Made by a program: the position numbers and the translations under genes
Part shown: positions 23,514 through 35,640 of the stretch, in pieces
Layout of the letters: each line of letters starts with the position of its first letter
Position numbering within the stretch: the first letter of the stretch is position 1
The notes under the pieces: generated by a model
Databases searched by the model: none
What the model was told of the DNA's origin: nothing
What the model saw: the letters and a program-made list of their open reading frames with translations, nothing else
Assembly: GCA_951406725.2 (NCBI GenBank)
Contig: OX597829.1
Coordinates: 20,522,001 to 20,586,000 of the forward strand
From: Octopus vulgaris
Lineage: Eukaryota
Length of the DNA stretch: 64,000 nucleotides
Direction: 5' to 3'

Positions 23514-26445
23514 GTTTAGGTCCGCTTTCCATGCTAGCATGGGTTAGATGGTTCAACTGGGGTCTGGGAAGCCCGAAGGCTGCACCAGGCCAGTCAAATC
23601 TGGCAGTGTTTCTACAGCTAGATGCCCTTCCTAATACCAACCACTCCGTGAGTGTAGTGGCCGCTTTTTACGTGCCACCGACACATGTGCCAGACGAGGA
23701 TGGCGAACGGCCACGCTCGGATGGTGCTTTTTATGTGCCACCGGCACGGAGGTCAGGTGAGGCTGGCAATGGCCACGATTGGATCGTGTTTGTTACATGC
23801 CACGGGCACAGAGGCCAGTCGATACGGCGCTTGGCTACGGCCACGTTCGGATGGTTCTCTTACATGCCACCGGCACTGGTATCACAACTACAAATTCCAT
23901 TGATGTTGATCGATTTCGATTTTCACTTGCCTCAACAGGTCTTCACAAGTAGAGTTTTGTGTCCCAAGAAGGAAGGTATGTATAGGTGGACTGACTACGT
24001 CCCAGGTAGAGGCCACGGGTTATGGCCTCACTTGTCCTGCCGGGTTTTCTCACGCACAGCATACTTCCAAAGGTCTCGGTCTCCGGTCATTTCCTCGGTG
24101 AGACTTAAAGTTCGAAGGTCGTGCTTCACCACCTCGTCCCAGGTTTTCCTGGGTCTACCTCTTCCACAGGTTCCCTGAACCACTTGGGTGTGGCACTTTT
24201 TCACACAACTATCTTCATCCAATTTTACCACGTGTCCATACCAGTGTAGAGGTCTCTCTTGCACACCATGTCTGATGCTTCTTAGGTCCAACTTTTCTCT
24301 CAAGGCACTTACACTGTGTCGGCTATGAACACTGACATTACACATCCATTGGAACATACTGGCTTCATTTCTTGCAAGCTTATGCATATCCTCAGCAGTC
24401 ACAGCCCATGTTTCACTGCCATGTAGCATGGCTGTTCGTACACATGCGTCATACAGTCTGCCTTTTACTCTGAGAGAGAGGCCTTTTGTTACCAGCAGAG
24501 GTAAGAGCTCTCTGAACTTTGCCCAGGCTATTCTTACTCTAGCAATTACACTTTCAGCACACCCACCCCTGCTACTGACTTGATCACTTAGGTAATGGAA
24601 ACTATCAACTATTTCTAGTTTTTCTCCCTGGAATGTGGCGGAGGATGATCTCTGCGCATTTTCAGTGTTTATTGCACCAGAGCATCTGCCATATACAAAA
24701 TGTATCTTCCCAGTTAGCCTTCCTTTGACATTGCTGCACCTCTTATGTGTCCATAGCTTACACTTGGTGCATCTTATAGAGTTCCTACCTACGCATTTTC
24801 TACAGATCGAGCAGGGCCATCTACCTGAAGGCGTTTGTGATTTGTCTACCTTCCTATTTATTAGGACTTTGGTTTTAGCTAGGTTGACTCTAAGGCATGT
24901 AGTGACGTCATTTTCCAGTGTGCGCACACGAAACGTCATTCTTGAGTGTGCGTGTGCGGGGCTGGAACCTTCTGGAAAGGCCTGAGGAAGTTCCCTCATG
25001 CACATGCGCTAGAGACTGGGGAAGAAAATTCCTTCGCGTTCCTTGTTAGCGTCGTTGACTTGAGAAACGGCTATTGAAGAGAAAGGACGTGTGAAACGTG
25101 TGATCAGCTATTCTCCTGTTCTAGACGCTTGGGATTTGACCTGGTCTGTTGCTGCTGAATTTGTTGTAAGAATCTTACAAATGTTAAAATTCAGCCTTGT
25201 TTCCAGAACCTACCAGTCAGGAACAAAACGCAACTTTAAAAATATATATGATTCTTTATTCTCTTATTTACAAATGAAGCACGTTGGTATATTGGTATCC
25301 ACTTGGTTAAATATAGCAAGGTTGAATTTTAACATTTGTAAGATTCTTACAACAAATTCAGCAGCAACAGAGCAGGTCAAATCCCAAGCGTCAGGAACAG
25401 GAGAATGGCTGATCACACGTTTCACACGTCCTTTCTCTTCAATAGCCGTTTCTCAAGTCAACGACGCTAACAAGGAACGCGAAAGAATTTTCTTCCCCAG
25501 TCTCTAGCGCATGTGCATGAGGGAACTTCCTCAGGCATTTCCAGAAGGTTCCAGCTCCGCACACGCACACTGAAGAATTACGTTCTGCCCACTCACACTG
25601 AGGAATTACGTTCCGCACACGCACACTGAAGAATGACGTTGCCTGTGCGCACACTGGAAAATAACGTCACTACAGGGCCCTTCGATTCTAATCCTTACTT
25701 CCACACCTGAAACTTCTCCTCCAGTTCTGATAGTGACTGAGCAATTAGAGCAAGGTCATCAGCATAGAGGAGCTCCCAGGGGCATTCTGTCTTGAATTCC
25801 TCCGTTATTGCCTGGAGGACTATGATAAATAGGAGGTGGCTGAGGACTGAGCCTTGGTGAACCCCTACCCCTACCCGGAATTCTTCACTGTACTTGTTGC
25901 CAACCCTCACCTTATTAACAGCGTCCCTGTACATGGCTCGCACAGCTCTCACTAACCATTCATCTATCCCTAGTTTCCTCATTGACCACCAGATAAGGGA
26001 TCGGGGCACCCTGTCAAAGGCTTTCTCCAAGTCAACGAAAGCCAGGTACAGAGTTTTATCTTTGGCTAGGTATTTCTCCTGCAGCTGTCTCACCAGAAAT
26101 ATGGCATTGGTGGTGCTTTTCCCTGGCATGAAACCGAACTGCATCTCGTCCAGGTTGACTCTCTCCCTAATCAGTTGGGCTATGACCCTTTCCGTAACCT
26201 TCGTTACCTGATCTAACAGCTTGATACCTCTGTAATTACTTGTATGTAGGGCGTCACCTTTACCGTTGTAGCAGTTGACTATTATGCTACTACACCAGTC
26301 ATTGGGTATGACTCCTTCGTGTATCACCTGGTTAACTATACGGGTGACTAGGCTATAGCCGACACTGCCAGATATTTTGAGCATCTCTGCAGTAATTCTT
26401 GATGGGCCTGGGGCTTTCCCTGTCTTCATGCTTCTAATTGCCTTA
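23479..26445 (-). mobile_element. RTE-clade LINE, 5'-truncated, with (GAT)n tail; interrupted by fold-back element
   Basis: ORFs 25695..26588 and 24028..25005: QFGFMPGKST, AFVDLEKAFDRV, GVHQGSVLS, LLYADD, PHD-like CSIC..C..C..H..C, RGRPRKTW; (CAT)n at 23479..23512. Confidence 0.92.
24898..25674. mobile_element. 777-bp fold-back element with ~300-bp inverted arms, derived from a Gypsy LTR; left arm only
   Basis: TGTAGTGACG...CGTCACTACA termini; arms 24898..25199 and 25317..25674; degenerate 4-5 bp TSD (aggca/gggcc); empty site at ~36790 in the right arm. Confidence 0.85.
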
Positions 26446-26462
26446 TGCTTCATGCTTCTAAT

Positions 26463-29300
26463 GGACGCCGAGGTGAAAATAAAAGATTTCACCATTGTTC
26501 GTGCGGATCGCACAGACCGAAATAAGGGAGGGACAGCCATCTTTATCCATGACTCCTTTTCACTTGATGCCAAGGACATATTTTCCAATGGCTATCGTGA
26601 ATCAGTATCACTATTCAGCAAGGCCAAGGACATAATCATTGTTGGTCTTTACAGGTCTCCCCAAGCACCTCTAAAGTGTTTTGAAGAGTGCCTTAGCAAA
26701 GTCAAGTCCTTCCTCCGGAAGTACCACTCCGGAAACATACTAGTGATGGGTGATTTTAACCCCCCTCATGTGAACTGGCCCACAAATACTCTGAAGTTAG
26801 GCAAATGCTCTACATCAGATAGAGCAGCAGCAGAACTGCTCTTTAATCTGATGTATGAATACTTCCTGACTCAGCTAGTGCTCGAACCAACGAGACAGAA
26901 TAAAATGACCTTGGATCTGGTATTGACCAATCACTCTAGCTTCGTTCACAGTATTTCAGTTGAAAAAACTCTCCTCTCAGACCACATGGTACTCTGCAAT
27001 TTTAATTCCCGACATATAAAAACCAAACCAGCCAATCCCACTCATTTGACAACATAAACTTCCACAAAGCGGACTGGGGAGCAATCAGAAAGGATCTGTC
27101 TTTCATCGACTGGTCTTTTACTTACAATTCCACCCATATTGAGACCGCATGGCAGCACTTTGAAAACATTGTCATCTATACATGCTCTAAACACGCTCCC
27201 ACGAAATCTACTAACACTAACAGTAACCGGCTCCCTAAAAAGAATAAAAGCACTCATCAGGCGCATCAAAAGACTCAACAAAAAAATCAACCAATTAAGA
27301 TATTCCCTCATACATCATCCACATTCAACAACAATGAAAAGGCTAGAGCTGGAAAAGCTTCATCTGCAGACCGACATGAAAACCTCCATTGAAAATCAAA
27401 GAGCTGTGGAGGAATAGTGGGTAATCAAAAGCATCAAACAGAACCCAAAGATGTTCTATTCTTATGCAAATAAGCATAGAACCACTGTCTCACCCATTGG
27501 GCCATTGATTGATGATAACGGCATTCCCCAACACGATGCTAAAGAAATGGCAGAAATATTGCAGAAACAATACTGTTCTGTCTATAGTGTTCCCACTGAT
27601 ATTGACGTAAGGGAAGCGAACGAAGTTGACTCCCAACATAAAATCTAAGACATAACCTTCACTGCCACTGACATCGTAGCAGCAATAAATGAGGTCAAAT
27701 ACTACTCTGCTGTAGGCCCTGATAGATTCCCCGCTAGTCTCCTGAAGGAATGTAGACACCAACTTGCAGTCCCTCTGACCAACCTCTGGAGAAATTCATT
27801 AGACGCAGGTTATATACCGAAATAGTTTCTATCCCAGTCGGTCATCCCGGTTTTCAAACAGGGAAACAGATCCCTCGCACTCAACTATCGCCCAATCTCA
27901 CTCACCTCCCACATCATTAAAGTGTTTGAAAGAGTGTTAAGATCAAGGATAGCTGACTTCCTGGAGACCCACAAACTCCTAAATGCAAATCAGCATGGCT
28001 TTCGCTGTGGCAGGGACTGTCTAACACAGCTCTTACACCACATTGAAGATGTACTCAAAGCCTTGGGAACAGGTTCGAACTCTGACGTCATATATCTTGA
28101 CTTCAGTAAAGCGTTCGACAGGGTAGACCATAATATCCTACTCTCAAAATTGGCAAATTTTGGAATCCGTGGAAAAGTTCTACACAGGATTAAGTATTTC
28201 CTGGCGAATAGAACACAACATGTTGTAGTTGATGGAGTCCACTCAAGCCCAGCAAAAGTCACCAGCGGTGTCCCCCAGGGGACTGTCTTGTGTCCGCTAC
28301 TCTTCATAATTTACATAAACGACCTTTCCAGTGTCGTACATTACTGCAAAGTGAAAATATTTGCTGATGACACTAAGCTCCAGCAAATCGTCAATGAAGA
28401 AGCAGACCGAACTCAACTCCAGTCTGATCTATATGCTGTGAATCAATGGGCAGACAGAAACAAAATGCAACTGAACGAGGGAAAATTTGAGCAGATGCAT
28501 TTTGGAAGAAATTCCTCACTGAAACAGCCATACTCTCTTCCTTCAGGGGAACCGCTCATAGCCTCTAACAATATCAGAGACCTAGGTGTAATTGTTGATG
28601 ACGATCTCAGTTGGAGTGCACACATCAACAAGAAGGTCGATATAGCTAGGATGAGTTCCTGGATCTTAAGAACTTTCCGGTCCAGAGAACAAGGTGCACG
28701 GCTACACCTTGAATATTGCTGCCCACTGTGGTCTCCCCATACAAGACAAAACATCTCGAGGATTGAGTCACCCCAGAGGGCACTCACTAAACGAATTGAA
28801 GGCATGGATGCTCTCGATTACTGGGATCGCCTTAAAGCCTTGAAACTTTACACTTTCCAGCCTCGCCGTGAGCGGTACATCATTTGTACGATGTGGAGAA
28901 TATACCGCCAACTTTGCCCAATCGACCTGAACATTAGCTTCAGGTTTCATCCAAGACTGGGACCACGGGCCATACGTCCCCTGCCCAATTCAAGATCACA
29001 GCATACATGTACACTGCAACATAATTTCTTTTCCTCAACAGGCCCTGCCCTATTTAACATTGTCCCGAGGGAGATCAAAGAGGAAAAGGATCCCATCAAT
29101 TTTAAACGGAGTCTGCATAGATTCCTTCAAAGAATACTAGATAAGCCACCCATAATTGGATACAACTCACCCAACAAGAACTCACTACTTGAATGGACCA
29201 TAAACAAAACTTGACTTAAACAGGATTCGAATAATCCTATCAGGTGGTGCTATTAAGTTAGACATGGCCTGGACCAATCTTTGGTCGAAACATATCTAAG
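26463..29300 (+). mobile_element. CR1/Jockey-like LINE ORF2 (APE + RT), 5'-truncated, disrupted
   Basis: GGTAIF, GLYRSP, MGDFN, LDLVLTN, SDH (APE); NQHGFR, YLDFSKAFDRVDH, SGVPQG, IFADDTK (RT). Confidence 0.92.
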
Positions 29301-30157
29301 TTTATAGTTCTTTTGTTATTCTATTTTTCTTTCATTCATGAAGCTTAAATATTTTTCGTCATTTTCATTGATAATTTTATTCTATTTTTTACACAACGTT
29401 TTCACGAGTTTAATTTCTTATAAACGCTAAGTAATGTTTTCTATTTAACTATTATTTAACTTTTGAATTGTATTAAGTTTGATTATTATTATGATTATTA
29501 TTGTAGCTAAAATATTAATTTATATATAATTTATTGATAATTATTAGTTACGATATATATATATCTATTTATTTATTATGTTTTATGATTATTATTAATT
29601 TTATAATGTGATTTAACGAATTATATAATTTAATTCGAGAATTAGTTTTGTAAGACAATATATTATTTAAAAGTTAGGTGGTCTATTTATTACATAATAT
29701 AACATTTACGTAAATTAGTTTAATATTAATTGATATTTTGGTCAACTATATAATTGAATAAAATAATAAATCTATATATACTACATCATCATCATCATCA
29801 TCATCGTTTAGGTCCGCTTTCCATGCTAGCATAGGTTGGACGGTTCAACTGGGGTCTGGGAAGCTCGAAGGCTGCACCAGGCCAGTCAGATCTGGCAGTG
29901 TTTCTACAGCCGGATGCCCTTCCTAATGCCAACCACTCCGTGAGTGTAGTGGGTGCTTTTTACGTGCCACCGACACAGGTGCCAGACGAGGCTGGCAAAC
30001 GGCCACGCTCGGATGGTGCTTTTTATGTGCCACCGGCACGGAGGCCAGGCGAGGCTGGCAATGGCCACGATCGGATGGAGTTTGTTACATGCAACGGGCA
30101 CAGAGGCCAGTCGATACGGCGCTGGCTACGGCCACGTTCGGATGGTTCTCTTACATG
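29301..30157 (+). repeat. Third copy of arm segment 22994..23866 (AT-rich Penelope flank + RTE 3' tail)
   Basis: Direct repeat that includes the same junction aatctatatatactacatcatcat. Confidence 0.9.
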
Positions 30158-30900
30158 TGTAACGGGAATTATTGCTTCTTGCACTTTTAGGGTGCAACTC
30201 GGGTGCATTCACAATTTCCGTTGCTTAAATTTCCAGATTCTACCAGTCAAAGAACACAAACGCAACAGTAAAAATATATATACTCTTTATTTTTCTTATA
30301 ACAGTAAGAAATAAGGTGGTATATTTGGTTCCACTTGGTATGGATGTGGCAAGGCTGAAACTTTAACGCTTGTAAGAATCTTACAAGTTCAGCAGCAACA
30401 GAGCTGGTCAAATATAGCGTCCTTAGAGAGCGGAGAAATTACACGTCTGCTACAATTTGGTGTGGGCAGCCTTCTGCCCGACTGCTACGTGTCTCTGTAC
30501 CCTTTCTGGTCAAGGTTTCACCTTCCCACGCCTCCTGTCAGCTAAATGCCACATCATCATTCCCTTCTTCTTATCTTCGCGCATGCGCGAGAGGGCGCTT
30601 CCCTTCTGCCTCACCAGAAGGCTCCAAACCCCGCACACGCGAACTTAAGTGGCGTTGCGCGCGCGCTGTTGGATAGCGTCACTACAAAGGCTCCCCCACA
30701 AGTGCGTAAGCACGAAACAAAATTCGTTGTAGTGACTTTAAAACTCAAGGTGGATACCAGATAACCAAAATAGCACACAATATAACAAATCAAGGCAGAA
30801 TTTACAATATAAACAAGAAATGCACCAAAAGGAAAAAGGAGAAAAAATACTCAAAATGAGCAAAGTTCAGTGAGTATTGAAACTGTCACAATTGAGAATG

Positions 30901-32350
30901 TCAAATATAAATAGTTTTGGAAAGTTTTTTCGGCCAGTGAACAGTTCTGCCTGACCTCGTAAAATAAGGTCTGTTCGAGGCAGGCTGCGACGACGAAGGT
31001 GGTGTTGCCGATGATGGTGTTGATAAAGGTGCATGTGTAAATAGTTGTGTTGTCAAAGGTGCATGTGTGAATGGTGGTGTTGTCAAAGGTGCATGTGAAA
31101 GTTCAACGATGGTTGTGGCAGTGGGGTTATTAAAAGATGTGGACACCTCAAAATATGCCCTTTTAAGACGATCTACGGAGACGGTCTCTGAACGACCGTT
31201 AATTTCAAGTTTGAATACTTTCGGCGTGCGAGAAATCACACGAAAAGGTCCTTTATAAGGAGAAACAAGAGGTCCTTTGACAGAATCATCACGAATAAAT
31301 ACATGCGTCCAAGAATCAAGATCTGATGGCACATTAAAAGGAGGATTTTGGTGTCGAGGGTCCATAGGAGGAAGGGCAGAAAAATATCTGCGTAGTCGAG
31401 CAACATAAGACTCTAAATTAAGAGACTGTGACTTGTCTGGCACCAACATCGTACCAGGCAATGCTAGTGTGGTACCATACAAGAGCTCAGCAGACGAAAA
31501 CCCAAGGTCTGCTTTAATCGCAGTCCGACATCCAAGCAGGACGATTGGTAGAAATTCAGTCCACGACTGTGGATTCGGCGAGGCACGCAACGCGGCCTTA
31601 AGTTGCCTGTGGAAACGCTCCACCATCCCATTAGAAGCGGGGTGGTAACTAGTGGTACGTATATGATGCATCCCCAGGATTCGTGATAACTCACGAAACA
31701 AGGCAGACTCGAATTGTCGACCACGATCAGTGGTTAAACTGGACGGTACACCATACCTAGAAATCCAATTAGACACGAAAGCTTTCGCAACAGTTTCAGC
31801 AGAAATGTCTGCTATTGGAATAGCTTCCGGCCAGCGTGAAAAGCGATCAATACAAGTTAAAATGTATGAGAACCCGCGACTCACAGGCCATGGTCCAACC
31901 AAATCAAAGTGGACATGGCGAAAACGGGCTTCAGGAGAAGAAAACTGTCCAAGTGGAGCACGAACGTGTCTATGGACTTTAGCACTCTGGCACCTCAAAC
32001 AAGAGCGTGCCCAAGAGGTAATTGATCGTCGCATATTGGGCCAGAAGAACCGAGCAGTAACGAGCTTTACTGTGGCAGAGATACCTGGATGTGACAGTGA
32101 ATGAAGAGCATCAAACACAGAACGTTGATGTTTCTCAGGTACTAATGGTCTAGGTGAACCGGTAGAGACGTCACAAAGAATAGAGCCTTCTGCTGAAGGG
32201 AGCGGAAGGTAGGCAAACTTACAGTTAACAAACTTAGGCGAAGTTAAATCCAACTCCTCTAAAGGTGGTTGATCCTGCGAAATAGCAGTTAAGTCAATTG
32301 CTGCAGGAGAGGAAATGGAATTGACAGGGAGTCTAGAGAGCATCTGCAGG
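30901..32350 (-). pseudogene. pol: Gypsy pol: integrase with 30-bp tandem repeats (HAPLTT..) in its tail
   Basis: [42 protein letters not shown]. Confidence 0.9.
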
Positions 32351-33082
32351 GACGTTCTCCCTCCCTGGCACATGCCTAATATCACTTGTAAATTGAGAAA
32401 TATAGTCCAGGTGACGGAAAGCACGAGGAGAGAGTTTATCCGTTTTAGAAGATAGTGCAAAGGTAAGGGGCTTGTGATCAGTATAAATCACAAACTCTCG
32501 TCCCTCGAGCTGGTGCTGAAAATGCCGAGCTGACAGATAGATCGCTAGTAACTCTCGATCAAAAGTACTATATCTGCGTTCAGCTGGCTTTAGCTGGCAA
32601 GAAAAGAAAGCCAAAGGTTTAACTTCACCCTCTACGGTGTGCTGCAAAACAGCGCCAATTGCAGACTCTGATGCGTCCACAGATAATGTAAGTGGAGCAT
32701 CAGGAGCCGGATGTGCTAAAACAGGGACTGAAGCTAGTTCCTTTTTAACTAACTCAAAGGCAGACAGTGCTTCAGCCGAAAGAGTAAGACGGGCGTCCTT
32801 TTTAGAATTGCCCTTTAGCATCTGCGTTAAAGGAAACAACTTGTCCGCACACCGATCTATGAAACGTCGATAGAAATTAACTATGCCCAAAAAATGGCGA
32901 AGTTGACGCAAAGAAGAAGGTGGTGCGATGCGCTGAATAGCATCGACTTTAGACGAGAGTGGTTTGATTCCTCTCGAATAAATATAATGACCGAGAAAAT
33001 TAAGAGATGGTTGCCCAAAAACACACTTGTCTGGATTAATGCGAACACCATAGTCGCGAAGACGCTGAAAAAGCTGAGACAA
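32333..33082 (-). pseudogene. pol: Gypsy pol: RT thumb + RNase H
   Basis: [41 protein letters not shown]. Confidence 0.9.
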
Positions 33083-34056
33083 GTGCAGGAGATGATTTTC
33101 ATGCGTATCACTTGCGTGAGAATATCATCGACATACGCGAAAACAAAATCAAGTCCACGAACAACTTCATCTATAAAACGTTGGAACGTACTAGTAGCGT
33201 TCCTCAAACCAAAACTCATAAACAAAAATTCGAAACAGCCAAAAGGAGTGGTAATTGCCGTTTTAGGAACATCGTCTGGGTTGACCGGTATTTGATGATA
33301 AGCACGTATAAGGTCAACCTTAGAAAAAATGGTACAGCCATGGAGATTTGCCGAAAAGTCGTTTAGAATCCTTATTGGATATTTGTCCGGAATCGTCACC
33401 GAATTTAGACGCCGATAATCTCCCACCGGGCGAAAATCTGTATCCCCTTTTCTAACTAAATGAAGGGGTGATGCCCATGGACTAGTGGATGGGCGTATCA
33501 GACCGAGCTGGAGCATATGCTCAAACTCAGCCCTAGCAGTTTTAAGTCGATCAGGTGAAAGACGCCGTGGACGCGAAAAAACAGGCGGTCCAGTTGTTGT
33601 TATAAAGTGTTGTGTCGAGTGTAATGGCTTAGCCACTTTAAAGGTAACATCAAATAGCTCTGGAAAAGAGGCCAAAAGAGAGTGAAAAACGTCTCCAGAT
33701 GTTGAAACAAAAAATGTCGGGCTAAGAGCTGAATTGGTAGATTCACTGGTCGGCGTGGAGAGTGTAGTCGAAGTATCGACTAGCCTCCGACGTCTGACAT
33801 CTACCAATAAATCAAAATTGCTTAGAAAATCCGCACCTAAAATAGGATGCTGAATGTCAGCAATGATAAAAACCCATTGAAAGTCTCGACGAAGATTAAT
33901 ATCAAGGCGTAACGAGATCTGACCGAATGTGGATATTGGTGACGAGTCAATAGCGTGCAATGTAACGTTAGATCGTTTTGGCCTGTCGGTTGTGAGACGC
34001 AAAGGCCAAATGCTGCAACAAGAACCAGTGTCCACCATGAAGTTTTTCTTCGACAC
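32881..34056 (-). pseudogene. pol: Gypsy pol: protease + RT N-part
   Basis: MVDTGS, ILGADFL, SPWASP, DYRRLN, YHQIP, FGLRNA, YVDD; frameshift near 33100. Confidence 0.9.
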
Positions 34057-34753
34057 TTGATCCTTGACGAAAAATGCACGATAACTAGAAAATGTTGTGG
34101 AGGAAGTTGACGTGCTTAAATTCTCCGAAGCTAGTTTAAAGGTGCATGGCTGTATGCACTTATGTGCTTTCTCTCCAAAATTGGAGTGATACCAACACAG
34201 TCCGGACTTTGACTGTGTGGCACGTGACGATGTACGGCTTCGACTCCGCGATTTTGAAAATCGCTTGCCATCGCGTCCATCCTTTTGGTGAGACTTTCTA
34301 TTTGTTTAGAAAGTCCCTCAATCGAAGCTGAAAAAGCTTGTGAGCAGGCACCAGCAGACCGTGATGTTAGAGATATTTTGTAGTTTTTTAAGTTTTAGAT
34401 GATTCTGTCAAAGGAAAGTCAAACGACAATGAATCAAAGCTGAACGGACGCAACAAGGAGAAAAGGAAAAACAAGACCAGCAATTGAATCAATAAAATTT
34501 TTTGTATGTGAAATTTACAAAAAAAAAGGGTTTTTTTTTGGGGGTTTTTTTTTGTACTGTGTGCACAGAGAATAAAAAAATTCTTTTCTTTTTTATTTTA
34601 CAAACCTTCGTCGCGTCTTAACCGAAAAAAAAAATTTTCTTTTTTTTTTTTTTACGTGCGTGTGCTAAGATGAAAATAGCTGAAAACTTTGAGGATGATG
34701 ACTGCGCAAATTGATCGTGGTTCAGACTAGGCAGAAACTGGTTTTGTTGAGTG

Positions 34754-34768
34754 TTCTCGGGGTCACCA
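34754..34768 (-). promoter_or_regulatory. Primer-binding site complementary to tRNA-Trp 3' end
   Basis: TGGTGACCCCGAGAA on the minus strand, 1 nt after the 5' LTR end. Confidence 0.8.
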
Positions 34769-35297
34769 CTGTAACGGGAATTATTGCTTCTTGCACTTTT
34801 AGGGTGCAACTCGGGTGCATTCACATTTCCGTTGCTTAAATTACCAGATTCTACCAGTCAAAGAACACAAACGCAACAGTAAAAATATATATACTCTTTA
34901 TTTTTCTTATAACAGTAAGAAATAAGGTGGTATATTTGGTTCCACTTGGTATGGATGTGGCAAGGCTGAAACTTTAACGCTTGTAAGAATCTTACAAGTT
35001 CAGCAGCAACAGAGCTGGTCAAATATAGCGTCCTTAGAGAGCGGAGAAATTACACGTCTGCTACAATTTGGTGTGGGCAGCCTTCTGCCCGACTGCTACG
35101 TGTCTCTGTACCCTTTCTGGTCAAGGTTTCACCTTCCCACGCCTCCTGTCAGCTAAATTCCACATCATCATTCCCTTCTTCTTATCTTCGCGCATGCGCG
35201 AGAGGGCGCTTCCCTTCTGCCTCACCAGAAGGCTCCAAACCCCGCACACGCGAACTTAAGTGGCGTTGCGCGCGCGCTGTTGGATAGCGTCACTACA

Positions 35298-35640
35298 AAG
35301 GCTCCCCCACAAGTGCGTAAGCACGAAACAAAATTCGTTGTAGTGACTTTAAAACTCAAGGTGGATACCAGATAACCAAAATAGCACACAATATAACAAA
35401 TCAAGGCAGAATTTACAATATAAACAAGAAATGCACCAAAAGGAAAAAGGAGAAAAAATACTCAAAATGAGCAAAGTTCAGTGAGTATTGAAACTGTCAC
35501 AATTGAGAATGTCAAATATAAATAGTTTTGGAAAGTTTTTTCGGCCAGTGAACAGTTCTGCCTGACCTCGTAAAATAAGGTCTGTTCGAGGCAGGCTGCG
35601 ACGACGAAGGTGGTGTTGCCGATGATGGTGTTGATAAAGG
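35298..35640 (-). mobile_element. Remnant of a second tandem Gypsy copy (PPT, 3' UTR and integrase tail) sharing the 34770..35297 LTR
   Basis: Identical by eye to 30687..31029. Confidence 0.9.

Larger units (their letters stand above)
1..26445 (+). repeat. Left arm of giant inverted repeat (segmental duplication); likely extends beyond window start
   Basis: The reverse complement matches 36022..61782. Dozens of ORFs appear as mirrored pairs (304..492- / 61291..61479+; 4907..6739+ / 55100..57004-; 14675..14974- / 46506..46805+). Inner boundary at ...aattgcctta (26445) vs taaggcaatt (36022). Confidence 0.95.
30158..35297 (-). mobile_element. Ty3/Gypsy LTR retrotransposon, CsRN1/Boudicca-like clade; gag partly deleted, pol frameshifted
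   Basis: LTRs 30158..30686 and 34770..35297 (TG..CA, about 3 differences); PBS TGGTGACCCCGA (tRNA-Trp type); Gag CWYH-x9-C-x3-C; protease VDTGS; RT YVDD; RNase H DAS..ELLA..DH; integrase H..SHPG..C..C, D-D-E, GPF. Confidence 0.95.

Noticed and set aside
23670-23880. Regularly spaced gtgccaccggcac repeats resembling a CRISPR array
   Set aside because: Internal ~50-bp tandem repeats of the RTE 3' UTR; spacers are mutually similar, the context is eukaryotic and there are no cas genes.
23450-24178. 242-aa ORF with poly-His
   Set aside because: Antisense reading of the RTE 3' UTR and its (GAT)n tail.
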